This document shows, piece by piece, positions 11,925 to 25,138 of a DNA stretch of 63,425 bases. Numbering within the stretch: position 1 is the first letter of the stretch; each line of letters begins with the position of its first letter. This DNA comes from Gracilinanus agilis (lineage: Eukaryota). The notes under the pieces are model-generated. The model saw only the letters and a list, made by a program, of their open reading frames with translations, searched no databases and was not told the DNA's origin. A program made the translations under genes and the position numbers. The DNA lies in assembly GCF_016433145.1 (NCBI RefSeq), contig NC_058132.1:293587292-293650716 (forward strand), given 5' to 3'.

Positions 11925-13319
11925 TGCCACTATCATTATGACCTGTTATAAATATTTCCTCAGTCTATTAAGAAGTAAGAGCAGTTTCAGATTCAGGAAA
12001 GTTGGGATTGCTGGACACACAATAATAGATAACCAGAAAAAAAATTGCAATGGACTTTTGAAAGCATCACAAAGGGATTGTGACTTCAGAAAACCAAGGG
12101 AAAGAAGTTCTTCTCCTGGAACTGGCAGAGATGAAAGAGAAATATGGAGCTATATTCAAAAATTAACAAAAAACTGAGAGCAAACCTTGCTCATTAACCA
12201 ATGTAGAAGGAAAATCATAATGAATGGGGTTCTTCTCAGTTGAAGTCACTGAAAAATGACTTTGTATGATTTACACAATTTGCTTAGAATATAATCAGTC
12301 TTTTATGGACAAATGCTACAGAACTCTTCTAATATGTTAAATCTCTTTATCATATTTATTTTAAAAACATACTTAGAATCACTAATAAGTTTAACAAAAT
12401 AAAACAAAATAAATTGATGGTATCAAAGGCTAACATTTTTAAGCTTTCCAAAATAAGGATACCATAGGCATCAGAAGTGGCAAAGATTTGTTTGGTGTCC
12501 ACATTAGTGTAGATGTCCTTTAAGGAGTCTCCAGGTGAGAGAGAATCTACAAGACTTTATAAAATAAGTCATTGTACATCTTGATATTAGGTGATTTTGG
12601 TGCAAAGGAAGATAGTAAGAAGCATATTTGAAGATATGATTTAGAATTAAATTAAAGAAGTAAATACATGCATTAACAATGCCCTCAATGAAAGCTTAAG
12701 AGAAAACAAATAAAAAATCCTGTATATGATTTTTTTACATGAGACCACCTTTTCCTAGTCACTGAGAGTTGATTGAGAGTCGTGCACTTTATAAGATCCA
12801 ACTATCTATATTGTTATTTATTATAAAAATTAATACAACATAGCATTATATTGTATATTCTCTTCCATGAATATGTTAAGATAATAACTCATTATTCCAA
12901 AAGAATAAAAAAGGATGCTGCTGCCATTTTGTTTCTTACCTATGCAATTGAATGGAATTAAAAAGAACTGTGAATGAGGAAGCTACAGATTCTATCATCA
13001 TGACATTTGACTTGGGAGAAATGTTAGAAGGACCTGCCTTTATTTCCAAGAACAATAATGTTCAGTGTAATTATTTTTAAATTAGTGCATATCAATATAC
13101 CACTACCATGTTTTCTTGTTGCCCAACGTGTTCATATTCAAAGAGCATTCCTTCATAGAATTTCAGAATGTGAGAATTTATAGGACCATAGGATGATAGA
13201 TTTAGAGCTAGAAGAGACACTAGGAGCCTTTTGAGAACAGTTCCTTCATTTGACATGAGAGAAAACAGAGGCATGAAGAGATTTTACAGTGCTATAATGT
13301 CTTTACAAATACCTCATTC

Positions 13320-16300
13320 ATGGCAGAGTACAACAGGAAGCTTCCTTGCCTTCCTAATACCTCCCATAAACAACCAAAAATAACTCCACAGATTCAAAGC
13401 TAAAAGTGGCAAAAACAACAACAACAACAACAACAACAAACAAATAAGAGTTGGAAGTAAAGCTGAACAGCCAAGGGCAGCTAGGAGAGAAAGGTTTCTG
13501 ACTTCCCTGGTTTCAGCCCCACCAATGCAGACCCAGATTCAGGAACAGACGAAACAGAGTAAAATCAAGAAGATAGCACCTGGGGACCAGATTGGCAACC
13601 TTATTTTGTTTGTTCATCCCCAGAGCTTGCATCCCTGAGGATAGCACTGAAATCCACAGGTGAAGGGCCCTGGGAGTTAATTGTGTCAGATATAGCCTCA
13701 GCTCCAGAGTCCCCACAACTGGGGATTGAAAGAGTGGACACAACCGAGTCTATGGGTGCTAGGCCCTAAGGGCAGGAACTGAAACCTCCATGTTAATTAA
13801 TGAGGGAATATGGAATTCCAAAGAACATGGACTAGATGGCTGTTCTACCCTGGGCTACAGCAATAGGAGAGGAAGAATGAGAAAGGAGCACAAACTGGTG
13901 AATGTGGTTGCTGAGGGACTGAGCTCTGTCAGTTGTGATTATTCCCAGGAGATTGGAGACTCTGGCTGAGCCACAGGGTGGGTTGGGCTGCCTACTTATA
14001 GTGGCAGTAGCAGAACTGGCTGTGGGTTCTGATTGGAGCATCTATGGTCAATGATTGACTGGGTTTGAGTGGGGGACCTAGAGTACATCTGACCTGGGAC
14101 TATAAAAAATGGAATAACTAAATAGGACCCAGGAAAAATCAAACACACACAAAAAAATCCTGAAACCTGAGATAACATAGCCCAACACATGAGGAGCCCT
14201 GAGATTCTCAGCAAAAAAAAAAAACAAAAAAAAAAACACCAATAATTAAGCCTATTGGCCAGGCCACTAAAATTTTTAATTATCTAATTTAAATTATGAA
14301 GCAAAAGAGGACAAACCCCAACTACTGATAGCTTTTATGAGGACAGAGAAGACCTTGGCTCAAACTCAGAGGACAGTGAAATACAAACACTTCAAAAACA
14401 GCAAAGAAATACAATAAATGGCTCAAAAAAGAGGATTTAGAAAAGCTTAAAAAAAACTTTGAAAGTCAAGTGAGAGGTTGAGGAAAATTTAAAAAGAAAA
14501 ATAAGAGCAATACAAAAAAATCAAGAAAATTATGAAATATCACCCAAATGGAAAAAGAGATCCAGAAACTCATGGAAAGAAATAATTGGAAAAGGGAAAG
14601 CTAATAATTTCCTAAGAGAAAAAATAATAAAGCAAAATCAAAAGAATAAACTAATAGGATATAAAACATCACGGAAATAACTGACAGGAAACTAGACAAT
14701 ATAAATATAGTTGGACTCCTAGAAATTTACAATCAAAAAAAGAGTTTTCAGAAATACAATGCTCTGGGGAAATCATGACAAACTTATACTGGTGAATGCT
14801 ACCCACTTCCAGAAAAAGAACTGTTGGAATCAGATAGAAGAGGATCAAAACATGCTATCTTTCACATCAATGTATTTATGGTTTTATTTTGGGATTTGGG
14901 TTTCATTTGAATGTGTTCTTACAACAATGACCAATATGGTAGTATGTTTTGCATGTTAATAAAAGTAAATTTTTTAAAGAGTTTAGACACCATACTTCAA
15001 GAAATATCAAGGAAGACTGCCCAGAAATTCTAGAATCAATGAGTAAAATAGAAATTGAAATAATACACTGATAACTACCTCAAAGAGAACCAAAGATGAA
15101 AATGCACAAGAACATCATTGCTAACTTCCACTGTTCTGAGGTTAAGGAGAAAATACTACAAGCAAAAAGAAGGGGAAAAAAAGACAACAATTTAACTATT
15201 GTGTAGCTAAAGTCAGAATAACATAAGACTTAGTAGCCATAACACTAAAAGTATGCAGGACATAGAAAATAGCATTTCAACCAAGAATAAAAAATCCATC
15301 AAAGATGAGCATAAATATAAAAGATAAAAAAACTGATATTTAACAAACTAAAGGAGTTTCAGCTATTCCTGGGGAAATACCCAGAACTCAGCAGAAATTT
15401 TGAATTATAAGAAACATACAAAGTTAATGAGAAACTAATTAGAAGCAACCCAAATGGAACATTTAAAGTTGAGATAAATGTAATAGAATGAGCCAAAATA
15501 GTAGCGCAATAGACCAGGAGGAATTAGGATAGAATGGCTATTTCACATGGAAGAGAAATGAGTGGAGGAACTGCCACAGAGAAATGGAAGAGAGAGTGGA
15601 GAGCTAGTAGTACTAGAACCCACTCTCATCAGACATGGAACAAAGAAAGAATAACATACACAATTAGAAGGGGAAAAAAATATTCTTTATATACAGAAAA
15701 AAAGGAGGGAAGAAGGTGCGATAAAGGACAGACTGACAGTCCCCTTGGGAGTCTGAGGGAATAAGAGAAGGAAGGCAGGGTTAAGAGAAAGGAGAGCAAG
15801 GTGATAAGTAAAGAAAGGGAAATGAGGGACAACTATAGGGAAGCACATATGAAGAGGTAGGAGGGTAAGGTGAAGGGAAAAGGAAGGGATTCATAGGAAA
15901 AGATAGGAGAGGGATTTTTAGAGTTGAACTCATATCAAGAAGTAGGAGGGTATGGTTGGGGGGATAAAGAGATTTTTGGAAAGATGGCTAGAGTAAGAAT
16001 TAAAAAGTAAGGGGAAAGGGCAAGGGAAGAACCTTTGGAAATTTAATGGTAAGGAGAGAGGATAAGGGAAGATTTTTGGGAAGGGGTGTGAATTATAGTG
16101 GGATTGATCAAAGGAAATTGGACATCTGAGGAAGGATATGGCAGAAAGAAAAAAAGAGAACAAAGGGAAAAGGAACAGAATAAGTGAAAATGCACAGCTA
16201 GTAACTATAACACTGAGTGTAAATGGGATGAATTCATCCATGGGAAGAAAATGGATAGCAGAAAGATCAAAAACTAGGATCTGACAATGTGTTGTTTACA

Positions 16301-19292
16301 GGAAACACATTGAAAATAAGAGATATACAGAGTAAAGGTGAGAAGCTGGAGGCAGGGGTAGGAATCTTCATCTCTGAAAGAGCTAGGGCTGAAATGGATA
16401 TAACTGGAAGGGGTGAACTGAGGAACTATATTATTTGTGCTGGGGGAATACTATGGATAATGAAGCATTATCATATAGCATCCAGATTTTTAAAAGAAAA
16501 GCTAAATGAGATACAGGTGAAATTGGGTAACAAAATAATAATAGTGGGGAATTCTAATCCCCCCCAGAACTAGATAAATCTAACTAAAAAAAAAAATCTT
16601 ACTTTCACACTCATCATACTATGGAGGTAATTTTGTAGCCCTGAGGGGTTGTGGCACTGGAACAAACTTGATATTCACACCAAAGAAAATAATGATCAAG
16701 AAATCCAATGTGAAAACTACAAGAAATGATTTCTTTACTGCCCACTCCCATCCTAAAACTATTATACAAAAAAGTTAAACAAGTCTAGGAATGAGATGAA
16801 AGGGGAGGGGGACACCAGCAAAACTAGTACTGAGATAAGCAAACAAGGCATCATCAAGGGCAAACTAGAGATACATGTAACCTGAAATATGATGTTCTTT
16901 CAGGCTACAGAAGTCAAGGACTGCTTGAGGAAAACTCAAAAAGAGAGCCTTGGTAGCCCTCAGTGGCAGTGACCAGAGTCAAACATGGACAAGGATAGTT
17001 CGGGACCCTAGATGGGCTAGAGGAGTGGACAGAAAGTTAGCCACTTTATAAAACTCTAATTTAGTCAAAAACTAAAGCTTGAGATTTGAGCAAACCAACG
17101 AAAATTCCAAGTAGTATTAATTACAACTAGTATTGTAGATCTAAACTCTCTAAAGAAGAAAGTAATAACATAATCAGATTCAGAGGAATAAATTCTTAAA
17201 ATAAGTAGAATCTACCTAAAAACTTCAGCAAGAATCATCTACAATGGGAATAAGTTAGAAGCCTTCCTAATAAGATCAAGAATGAAACAAGAATGCCCAG
17301 CATTAACCAGTATTATTTAATATTATATTAGAAATGCTAGCTTTAGCAAGAAGGAAAGGAAAAGAAATTGAATAAATTAAAGTAGGCAATGAGGAAATTA
17401 AAGTATCACTCTTTGCAAATGATATGATGGTATGCTTAGAGAATCCTACAGAATCAACTAAAAAACTAGTTGAAATAATTGATAACTTTAGTAAACTTGC
17501 AGAATACAAAAATCCATATAAATCATAAAGCATTTCTATATATTACCAGAAAAGTCCAAAAGCAAGAGTTAGAAAGAGAAATTTCATTTAAAATCACTCT
17601 AAACAGTATAAAATACCTGGGAATGTATATGTGCCAAGGCAAAAACAAGAATCACATAAACACAATTACAAAACACTTTTCACACAAATAAAGTTAGATC
17701 TAAACAACTGGAAAAATATTAATTGCTCGTGGGTAGGCCAAACTAATACAATAAAAATGACAATTCTACTTAAATTAGTTTATTTGTTCAGTACCATACC
17801 AATCAAACTACCAAATAGTTATTTTAGAGAATTAGAAAAATAATAACAAAATTCCTCTGGAAGAACAAAACATCAAGAATGTACTAATGAAAAAAAATGT
17901 GAAGGAAGGTGGCCTATTAATAACAGGTCTCAAACTGTAGTATAAAGCAACAATCATCAGAACAATCTGGTACTGGCTAAGAAATAGATTGCTAAATCAA
18001 TAGAAATGATTGGACATATAATATATAGGGGTAAATGACCTCAGCAACCTAGTGTTTTGGAATAAGAGCTCACTATTTAACAAAACCTGCTGGGAAAACT
18101 GGAAAACAGTATGGCAGAAGCTAGGTATAGACCTATATCTCATACCCTATACCAATATAAGGTCAAAATGGAGATAAGATTTAGATATAAAGAGTGATTC
18201 CATAAATAAATTAGAGAAGCACAGAATAGTTTACCTGGCATATCTTTGGAGAAGGGAAGAATTTATAACCAAACAAGAGATAGAGAGCATTACAAAGATG
18301 TAAAATTGATATTTTTATTATATTAACTTAAAAAGCTTTTGTACAAACAAAACTAATGTAACCAAGATGAGAAAGGAAACAAACTGGGGGAAAATTTTTT
18401 ATAACAAAATTCTCTGATAAAGGTCTAATTTCTCAAATTTATAGAGAACTAAGTTAAATTTATAAGAATAAAGGTCATTACCCAATGGACAAATGGTCAA
18501 AGGAATTTTCAACACGTAATGTCACATGATGAAATCAAAGCCATCAATAATCGTATGAAAAAAAGTTTTAAATCACTCTTGATTAGAGAAATGCAAATTA
18601 AAACAATGCTGAGGTACCACTTCATACCTATCATATTGGCCAGTATGGCAGTAAAGGAGAGTTGTAAACATTGAAGGAGATGTGGCATTAATGTATTGTT
18701 GGTGGAGTTGTGAACTGACCCAACCATTCTGGAAGGCAATTTGGAATTATGCCCAAAGGGCCATAAAACTGTGTATATCCTTTGATCCTGTAATGCCACT
18801 ACTGGGTCTGTATCCTAAAGAGATAATAAAAAGGGGTAAAGGACCTACTTGTACAAAAATATTTATAGCAGCTCTTTTTGTAGTGGCAAAGAGTTGGAAA
18901 ATGAGGGTATGTCCATCAATTGGGGAATAGCTGAACAAATAAATTGTGCCATAAGAACTGATAATCAAGATGATATCAGAAAAAGTTGAAAAGATCTGCA
19001 GGAACTAATGCAGAGTGAAATAAGCAGAACTGGGAGAACATTGTACACAATAAAAGCAATATTATATAATGATTTTCTGTGAAAACTTACTACACTCCAT
19101 AGTGCAATGATCTGAGACAATCCAGAAAGACTTATGCGATCCACCTCCAAAGAAAGAACTGTTGGAATCACCTTTCACATCAGTGTATTTATGGTTTTAT
19201 TTTGGGATTTGGGTTATGTATGCATGTGCTCTTACAACAATGACCAACATGGAAGTGTGTTTTACATGACAATAAAAATAATTTTTTAAAAA
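13320..19292 (+). mobile_element. Long decayed L1 (5' UTR, ORF1, purine-rich spacer, EN start, RT, C-terminus, 3' UTR) with internal deletion
   Basis: ORF1 remnants ~14270-15400, EN start ~16200, RT motifs from ~17200 (GNKLEAF..RS..KQ.CP, LFANDMMV.L). ORFs 17479, 17631 and 18682 are ORF2 pieces. Many stops and frameshifts. Confidence 0.9.
14748..14975 (+). mobile_element. Short L1 3' end nested in ORF1 of the larger L1
   Basis: TSD aaagagttt (14739-14747, 14976-14984). Sequence closely resembles 19140-19290. Confidence 0.8.
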
Positions 19293-19591
19293 ATGCACAG
19301 AAGAGAAAAGAAGGAATTTCAGAAGAAAGCAGAGATGAACAGGATAATTCTAAAAGCTACATTTGGAATAATACATATACATATTTAAAGTACATAAAAT
19401 AAATTGTAGGTTAGTGGTTTCATATAAAATCATCTTTTTGTATTCCTTTGAATATAGAGAAATACCATTGTTTAAATAAGTTGAAGATCACTATTTCCTC
19501 AAAAATATAAAACCTGTCCCTAATTTGTCATGCCTTGGATGATAGAACTGATTTTAAATTTATTCCTTCCCATTAAAAAGCAAGGAAGAGA

Positions 19592-19793
19592 GGAAAGCTG
19601 GGTGGCTCAGTGGATTGAGAGTCAGGGCCAGAGACAGGAAGTCCTGGATTCAAATGTGACCTCAGATACTTCCTAGATGTGTGACCCTGGGCGAATCACT
19701 TAACCCCCATTGTCTAGCCCTTACCACTCTTCTGCCTTAGAACCAATACATAGTAGTGATGCCAATACAGAAGGTGAGGGTTTAAAAAAAAAA
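19592..19793 (+). mobile_element. SINE1_Mdo-like SINE, followed by a (TAAA/TCAA)n tract to ~19892
   Basis: Pol III A box (tggctcagtgg) and B box (gattcaaat), characteristic body, A tail. Confidence 0.9.
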
Positions 19794-19994
19794 CATGAAA
19801 ATAAATAAATAAATGAATCAATCAATCAATCAACCAACTAACAAATAAATACACAAACAAATAAATAAATAGATGGATAAATGAATAAATGAAAAGCAAG
19901 AAAGATTCTGTTTATTTAGAGATGACCTTTACTGAAAAATTTCATGAAAGAATACATAAATTGTTAAAAAAAAAATAGGATGACTTAAAAGGTT

Positions 19995-21260
19995 TTAGAG
20001 AATTATAGAATCACAGAGTTGGAATGGTCTTTGGAGGCCAATTACTCAGAATTATATTTGAATAAGAATATTTTCTATAATATCCCTAACAAAGGGAGAT
20101 ACCTTAGGTGAAGAATAATGGCACTTCTTGAAGCAACCAATTCCACCACTGCATGGTTCTACTTGTGAGGAATTTTGTCCTTATATCATTCCCAAGTATG
20201 TTTCTCTGCAACTGTCACTCATTGCTCCTAATTCTGCTCTCTGGGATCAAGCAATCACTAAATATTAATTAAATGTTTGGGGTTTACCTTTTGTTTTTTA
20301 AAAACCTTACCTCCTGTCTTAGTACCAATTCCAAGGGGGGGAAAAGTGGTAAGGGCTAGGCAACTGGGGCTAAGTGACTTGCTCAGAAGTCTTACATTTA
20401 GGATATATCTGAGGTCAGATTTGAAACAGTTCCACCTGACTCCGGTCCTGGAGCTCTGTCCATTGGGCTAGTTAGCTGCCCTGCACTGATTAAATTTTTA
20501 ATGGGTCCCAGACACTAAGGCTGTAGGGGCACAAAACCAACAATGAAATTTTCCTTACCCTTAAGGAGCTTACATTTTATCAGCAAAATTACATCTACAC
20601 ATAAGTATAAACACAACATATTCAAAACAAATATAAGTTAGAGAGAGAATTGTTAATTTGGTGAGGGAGGTACAAATCTAACCCCTTTTATACTCTTCTA
20701 CATAATAGCTTTTTAAATGTTTAAAACTGCTTTCTTTTCCCAGATCTCCTTTCTAGGCTAAACATTCCCAGATTTTTCAAACTAATTCTGTATTGCATGT
20801 TCTCCAGTCTAATGACTTTCCTATATCTTCTGGACACAGTCTTCATGACCTTTTTACAATGTAGCCCCAAGAACTGAATACAGTTTTAAAATGTGGGCTG
20901 GCCTGGACAGAGTACAGAGACAATAACAGCTTCCTCACTCTGGACACTGTATTTTTTTTAATATAGCCTAAGACAGCAGTAACATTTTTTGTCTGCATGT
21001 CACACAGTTGACTCATACTGAGCTTTAGTTTTCTAAACTCTCTAGATTTTTTTATGGAAATTATTGTCTAGCCATGCACCTAGATCCTATACGTATGAGA
21101 CCTTTTTTTTTTTTAATCCAAGTGAAGAACCATAAGCTTTTATCTCATTGAACTTTATGCTATTACATCTAGCTGCAGCTTTGACAAGCATACCTTCAAA
21201 TATTTCATTCTGAGCTCCAATAAAAGTTGTTAAACATTACAGGTCCAAAAATAGACCCCT
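19995..21260 (-). mobile_element. CR1/L3 fragments interrupted by a SINE and an L2 piece
   Basis: L3 3' motifs at 19995-20250 and 20660-21260 (aaacattcccag, tctggacac, aagaactgaatacag). Confidence 0.7.
20295..20481 (-). mobile_element. SINE1_Mdo-like SINE
   Basis: Reverse complement of the family body; ends ...tagctgccc. Confidence 0.9.
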
Positions 21261-21390
21261 GGAACACTAATAAGGGTTTGTTATATGACTGAATAAGGAT
21301 TAAATGAGGCTGCGAACAGAATGCAGTGTGTCATAGTGGAAAGAACTCTGAATTTAGTTATAGAGACTTGAGTTAGAAATTTGGTGTGGT

Positions 21391-21430
21391 CTTTCTGTAA
21401 GTCAATTAAACTTTCTGTAAGTCAATTAAA
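21391..21430. repeat. Perfect 20-bp tandem duplication inside a MIR3
   Basis: ctttctgtaagtcaattaaa x2. Confidence 0.95.
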
Positions 21431-21779
21431 CCTCTCTGAGTCTTACTTTCCTCATATATAAAATGGAAGTTGGACTAGTTGCTAAATGGCCTTTCAAATC
21501 TCTTCTAGCTCTTAATGTATGATCCTATAACCACAGAAAGATTTCACTGCTGTCATAGAAGATACTGAACTTAATTCAAATTGAAATGATTTCCTATACC
21601 TAATATCTTCCAGATTCTCCTATTTGAGAATGGAATTGTTCTGGTTACATCAAAACCCAGAACACTACAGGGTTTCCTCAATAAAATCTATTGCCACTCA
21701 AAAGAAACCAAATAAACAATTTATACAAGAAAAAGCAAGTGGATAATGTCTGTTGCCCTGATTATATGTAGCAGTTGTA

Positions 21780-22305
21780 TATACAATCCATTAAATTAGT
21801 CCATCAATACACATAATGTGTTCAGTCACTGCAGATGGACAACAAATTGGGCTTAGGATTTAATTAATATAAGAAAGGGAGTGGGCTCAATTTTGCTTAG
21901 GAAATCGGAAGACATTTTCAATTATCTCAAACTACTTCCTCACACAAAAGTCAATCTATTTAATATCAGTATTCTACTATTGACTGAAATGTTTGCAATG
22001 TAATACTATCTTCTTAAAAGAATCGAAATTAAGAGTGATCCAAAGGGCAACACAGAAACAGGCTACAAAAATAACGCAAATGCTGGCATAAAAGATTTCA
22101 AAAAAATGTATGCTCAGAAAAGACAAGCTCTGTCATGAACTGAGAGGCTGATTGAAAAGCCAACAGTTCAAGAACTATATTGGTACTTTGAAATGTTAAA
22201 AGACTTAGAAGAAGGTCTAACATATGGGTTGATTCTCTCTGGAGATTCTGTGGAATAACATGGAAGAGAAGCACACAATCTGAGAAGGATTGAAAACTGT
22301 ACCAA
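21780..22305 (+). mobile_element. RTE-clade 3' fragment (WALLSI4-like)
   Basis: Decayed similarity to the marsupial RTE/WALLSI 3' region (atccaaagggcaa..., agaggaagg-like terminal motifs), from memory. Confidence 0.6.
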
Positions 22306-23069
22306 TCTAAACCTGTGGCAGAGCAGAGTGTGAGACTTGTGGTCAGAAAAATGAGTTCAAATATTGCTTCTAAGACCTAACTGTGTTCTCTAAGCCTTTT
22401 CTCTGATATAGAAAATGAGGATAATAGCACCTGTAGTTCCAAACTTGAAGAGTTTTGAGAATTTTGAGATTTAAATGTGAAAATGGATAAAGGGGATTTT
22501 GCAAATGCTTAAAACTGCATTAATACTTTTGGCATAATCTGTATCTTAGCTATCATTATTATAATTTTTCTTAATAATCACAATAATAAAACCATACACA
22601 AAATGTAGTGCTTGTTCTTTAAAAAAAAAGCATGAAGTTCCTTAAAAAGACAAAAAAAATTAACATGACAGCAATGTTTCATAGACTATATTTTCAAGTC
22701 ACAGCAGAGAAACATTTGATTGATCATGAATTAGATGTTGTTCTGTATTAAAAGCATGGAATTTGACTGTACTGAAAGTCAAGTGAAAATTCATTCTGAA
22801 TTTGTGGTACTTTATTTTCAAGGAGAAGACTTATAATTGAAATAGGAGTTTTTCTTGTCATAAGCCATTAATTCATCAAAGCTAGGGTGAGAATTTAAAA
22901 TAAATATAAATGAGGGAATGGGAAAGATATAGTATACAATTTTAAAAGTTTTAACACTGAATTATTTAAGCAAATATTACTGAAAATCAAAATGGGAAAT
23001 GAACAACAAAAATTAACTTAACATCAACTGTAATAATTTCATCCAGAAGTTAAATCAATGTAAACTAAT

Positions 23070-23700
23070 TGCTTCAATGAGTCCAAGTGTCTAGAAAGCA
23101 TCTTTGTCAGTAAACATAGGGCTTATTTACCAAAGAGAGAAAGGTAGATGCCAAAGACAATATTCAAGAAAATATAAGCATGTCTGTAAAAATTTTACAA
23201 AGAAGGATGATGGATGACTATGTACAACATTTTCTCTTAAAGCAGAGAGAAGCAATAGAGGATAAAACCAGTGTAAAGAGCAATTAGCAAGACATCTAAC
23301 TAAGCAAAGTCATCTCAATGGCATTCAAGAAGTCAAAAGAGAATAAAGATAGAAAACTTTTGCAAGAAAAAAAAATGAACAGGTTTTGTTTTGTTTTATT
23401 TTTCCCATTCGGCATAGTAGATTATGACATTTGGACCTTAACATCATAGTCCTTAAGGTGCTTACTGAGGAAGCAGAAGTGGCACTAAATAGAAGAATAT
23501 GATGGGGAAAGTAGCCAAACTAAATCATGTATATAAAGAAAAAATCCACGCTAGAAAACAGACTTGTAAGGGCACTGAGGGACCAAAATGCATAGCCAAA
23601 AGAAGGGAAAATATAAAAAACAGGATGGGGGGAACCTCAAACAATATCGACACCTTAAAAAACCAAATGGGAAATCACAAATAACTATGAACCTGAGAAG
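23070..23700 (+). mobile_element. Degraded RTE-like ORF fragment
   Basis: Shares diagnostic blocks (aggataaaacca...taagcaaagtcatctcaa) with the element at ~61550-62560. Confidence 0.55.
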
Positions 23701-24204
23701 ACTTATACCAATATTTTCCTAAAACATGGGTAAAGTCAGTGCCTCTTTCTTTTCCACACATAGATTAGGCTCATCCCCTTCTCTTCCTAAGAACTAGAAC
23801 TATGCAAAAGGAAAATGATTTACTTTGAGAAGTGCTGTATTTTATGTCTTAGAAGTCTTTGAACAGAGACAAGCATTTGTTGAATATTTTATGGTGGAAA
23901 TTCCATTTGTGGACTGGTAGTATGAGATAGCCACTAAAATCCTTTCTTTAAGTTTGTGAATACATGAAATGTAGTAGTTTAAGAGAAAGTTGGAAAAGTA
24001 TGTCCTTATCAAATTGTGGAAAAACCTTGAACACCAGTTCTCCTACTTTATACTTGGTCTTCCCAAGCTAAATGATCCTTCTGCTCATCCAATCCCCTTC
24101 CTCCTACTGTTGAAATAAATAATTCAATTCAACAAACATTTATTAAGTACCTACCATGTGCCAGGCATTTGGATAAGTGCTGGAGATATAAATGAAGAAA
24201 AGAC

Positions 24205-24905
24205 AGAGCCATCTGGAATTATACTCAAAGACATAAAAATGTGTATATATTTTGACCCAGTAACTATATGTTCTAAAATATTCATAGTAGTCCTTTTTGT
24301 GATGGCAAAGAGCTGGAAACTGAAAGGATGTCCATTACGGAATGAATGAACAAATTGTGGAAATGGAAGATTATTATGCCACAAGAAATGACAAACAAGA
24401 TGATCACAAAAATACCCTAGAAAAAACATACATGAAATGATGCAAAATGAAGTGAGAAAAACCAGGAGAAACTTGTATGCAGACACAACAATAATGTATG
24501 ATGACCAACTGTGAATGATTTATTTAACTACTATCAGCACAGCAAGGATCAAGAACAACTCAAAGGGACTCATGACAAAAAGAATACTCACCACCATAGA
24601 AAAAGCAGAGTTTGAATGCTGATTGGAGCATACCATTCTTCACTTTATTTCCTCCATGAATTTTTCTCACTTCATCATGACAAATAGGGAAATATATATT
24701 ATAGGATAAGATATGTGCAACCTATATTACCTGTCTTCTTGGTGAAGAGGAAAGAGTGGAAAGGGGAAAAAAAAAGAAAGAGATGTATCTTTTTGGACAT
24801 AGCTAATGTGAGAATTTCTCTTGGACAAGCATATTTATTATAATTAATTGCATGTTTAGAAAGATCATATTTATGATGTTACAAATGATATTTTTTAAAA
24901 GTTAA
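24205..24905 (+). mobile_element. L1 3' fragment (ORF2 C-terminus and 3' UTR)
   Basis: ttttgtgatggcaaagagctggaaactgaaaggatgtcca..., 3' UTR motifs. Confidence 0.8.
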
Positions 24906-24944
24906 AATAAATGGTAACAACAACAACAAAAGAACATAAGCTCT

Positions 24945-25138
24945 GGGGCAGCTAGGTGGCTCATTGGATAAATAGCCAGGCCTAGACACAGGAAGTCCTG
25001 CATTCAAATCTGACCTCAGTCACTTCCAAGTTGTATGATCATGAGCAAGTCACTTAACCACCATTGCCTGGTCCCTACTTCTCTTCTGCCTTGGAACTAA
25101 TTATAGTATTAATTGTAAGATAAAAGTGTTTTTAAAAA
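24945..25138 (+). mobile_element. SINE1_Mdo-like SINE
   Basis: Full head-to-tail match; imperfect flanking repeat aagaac(a/t)taagctc. Confidence 0.9.

Noticed and set aside
9140-18930. ORFs with ORF1p/ORF2p similarity as functional or domesticated genes
   Set aside because: They are fragmented by stops, frameshifts and nested insertions, as expected for dead L1 copies.
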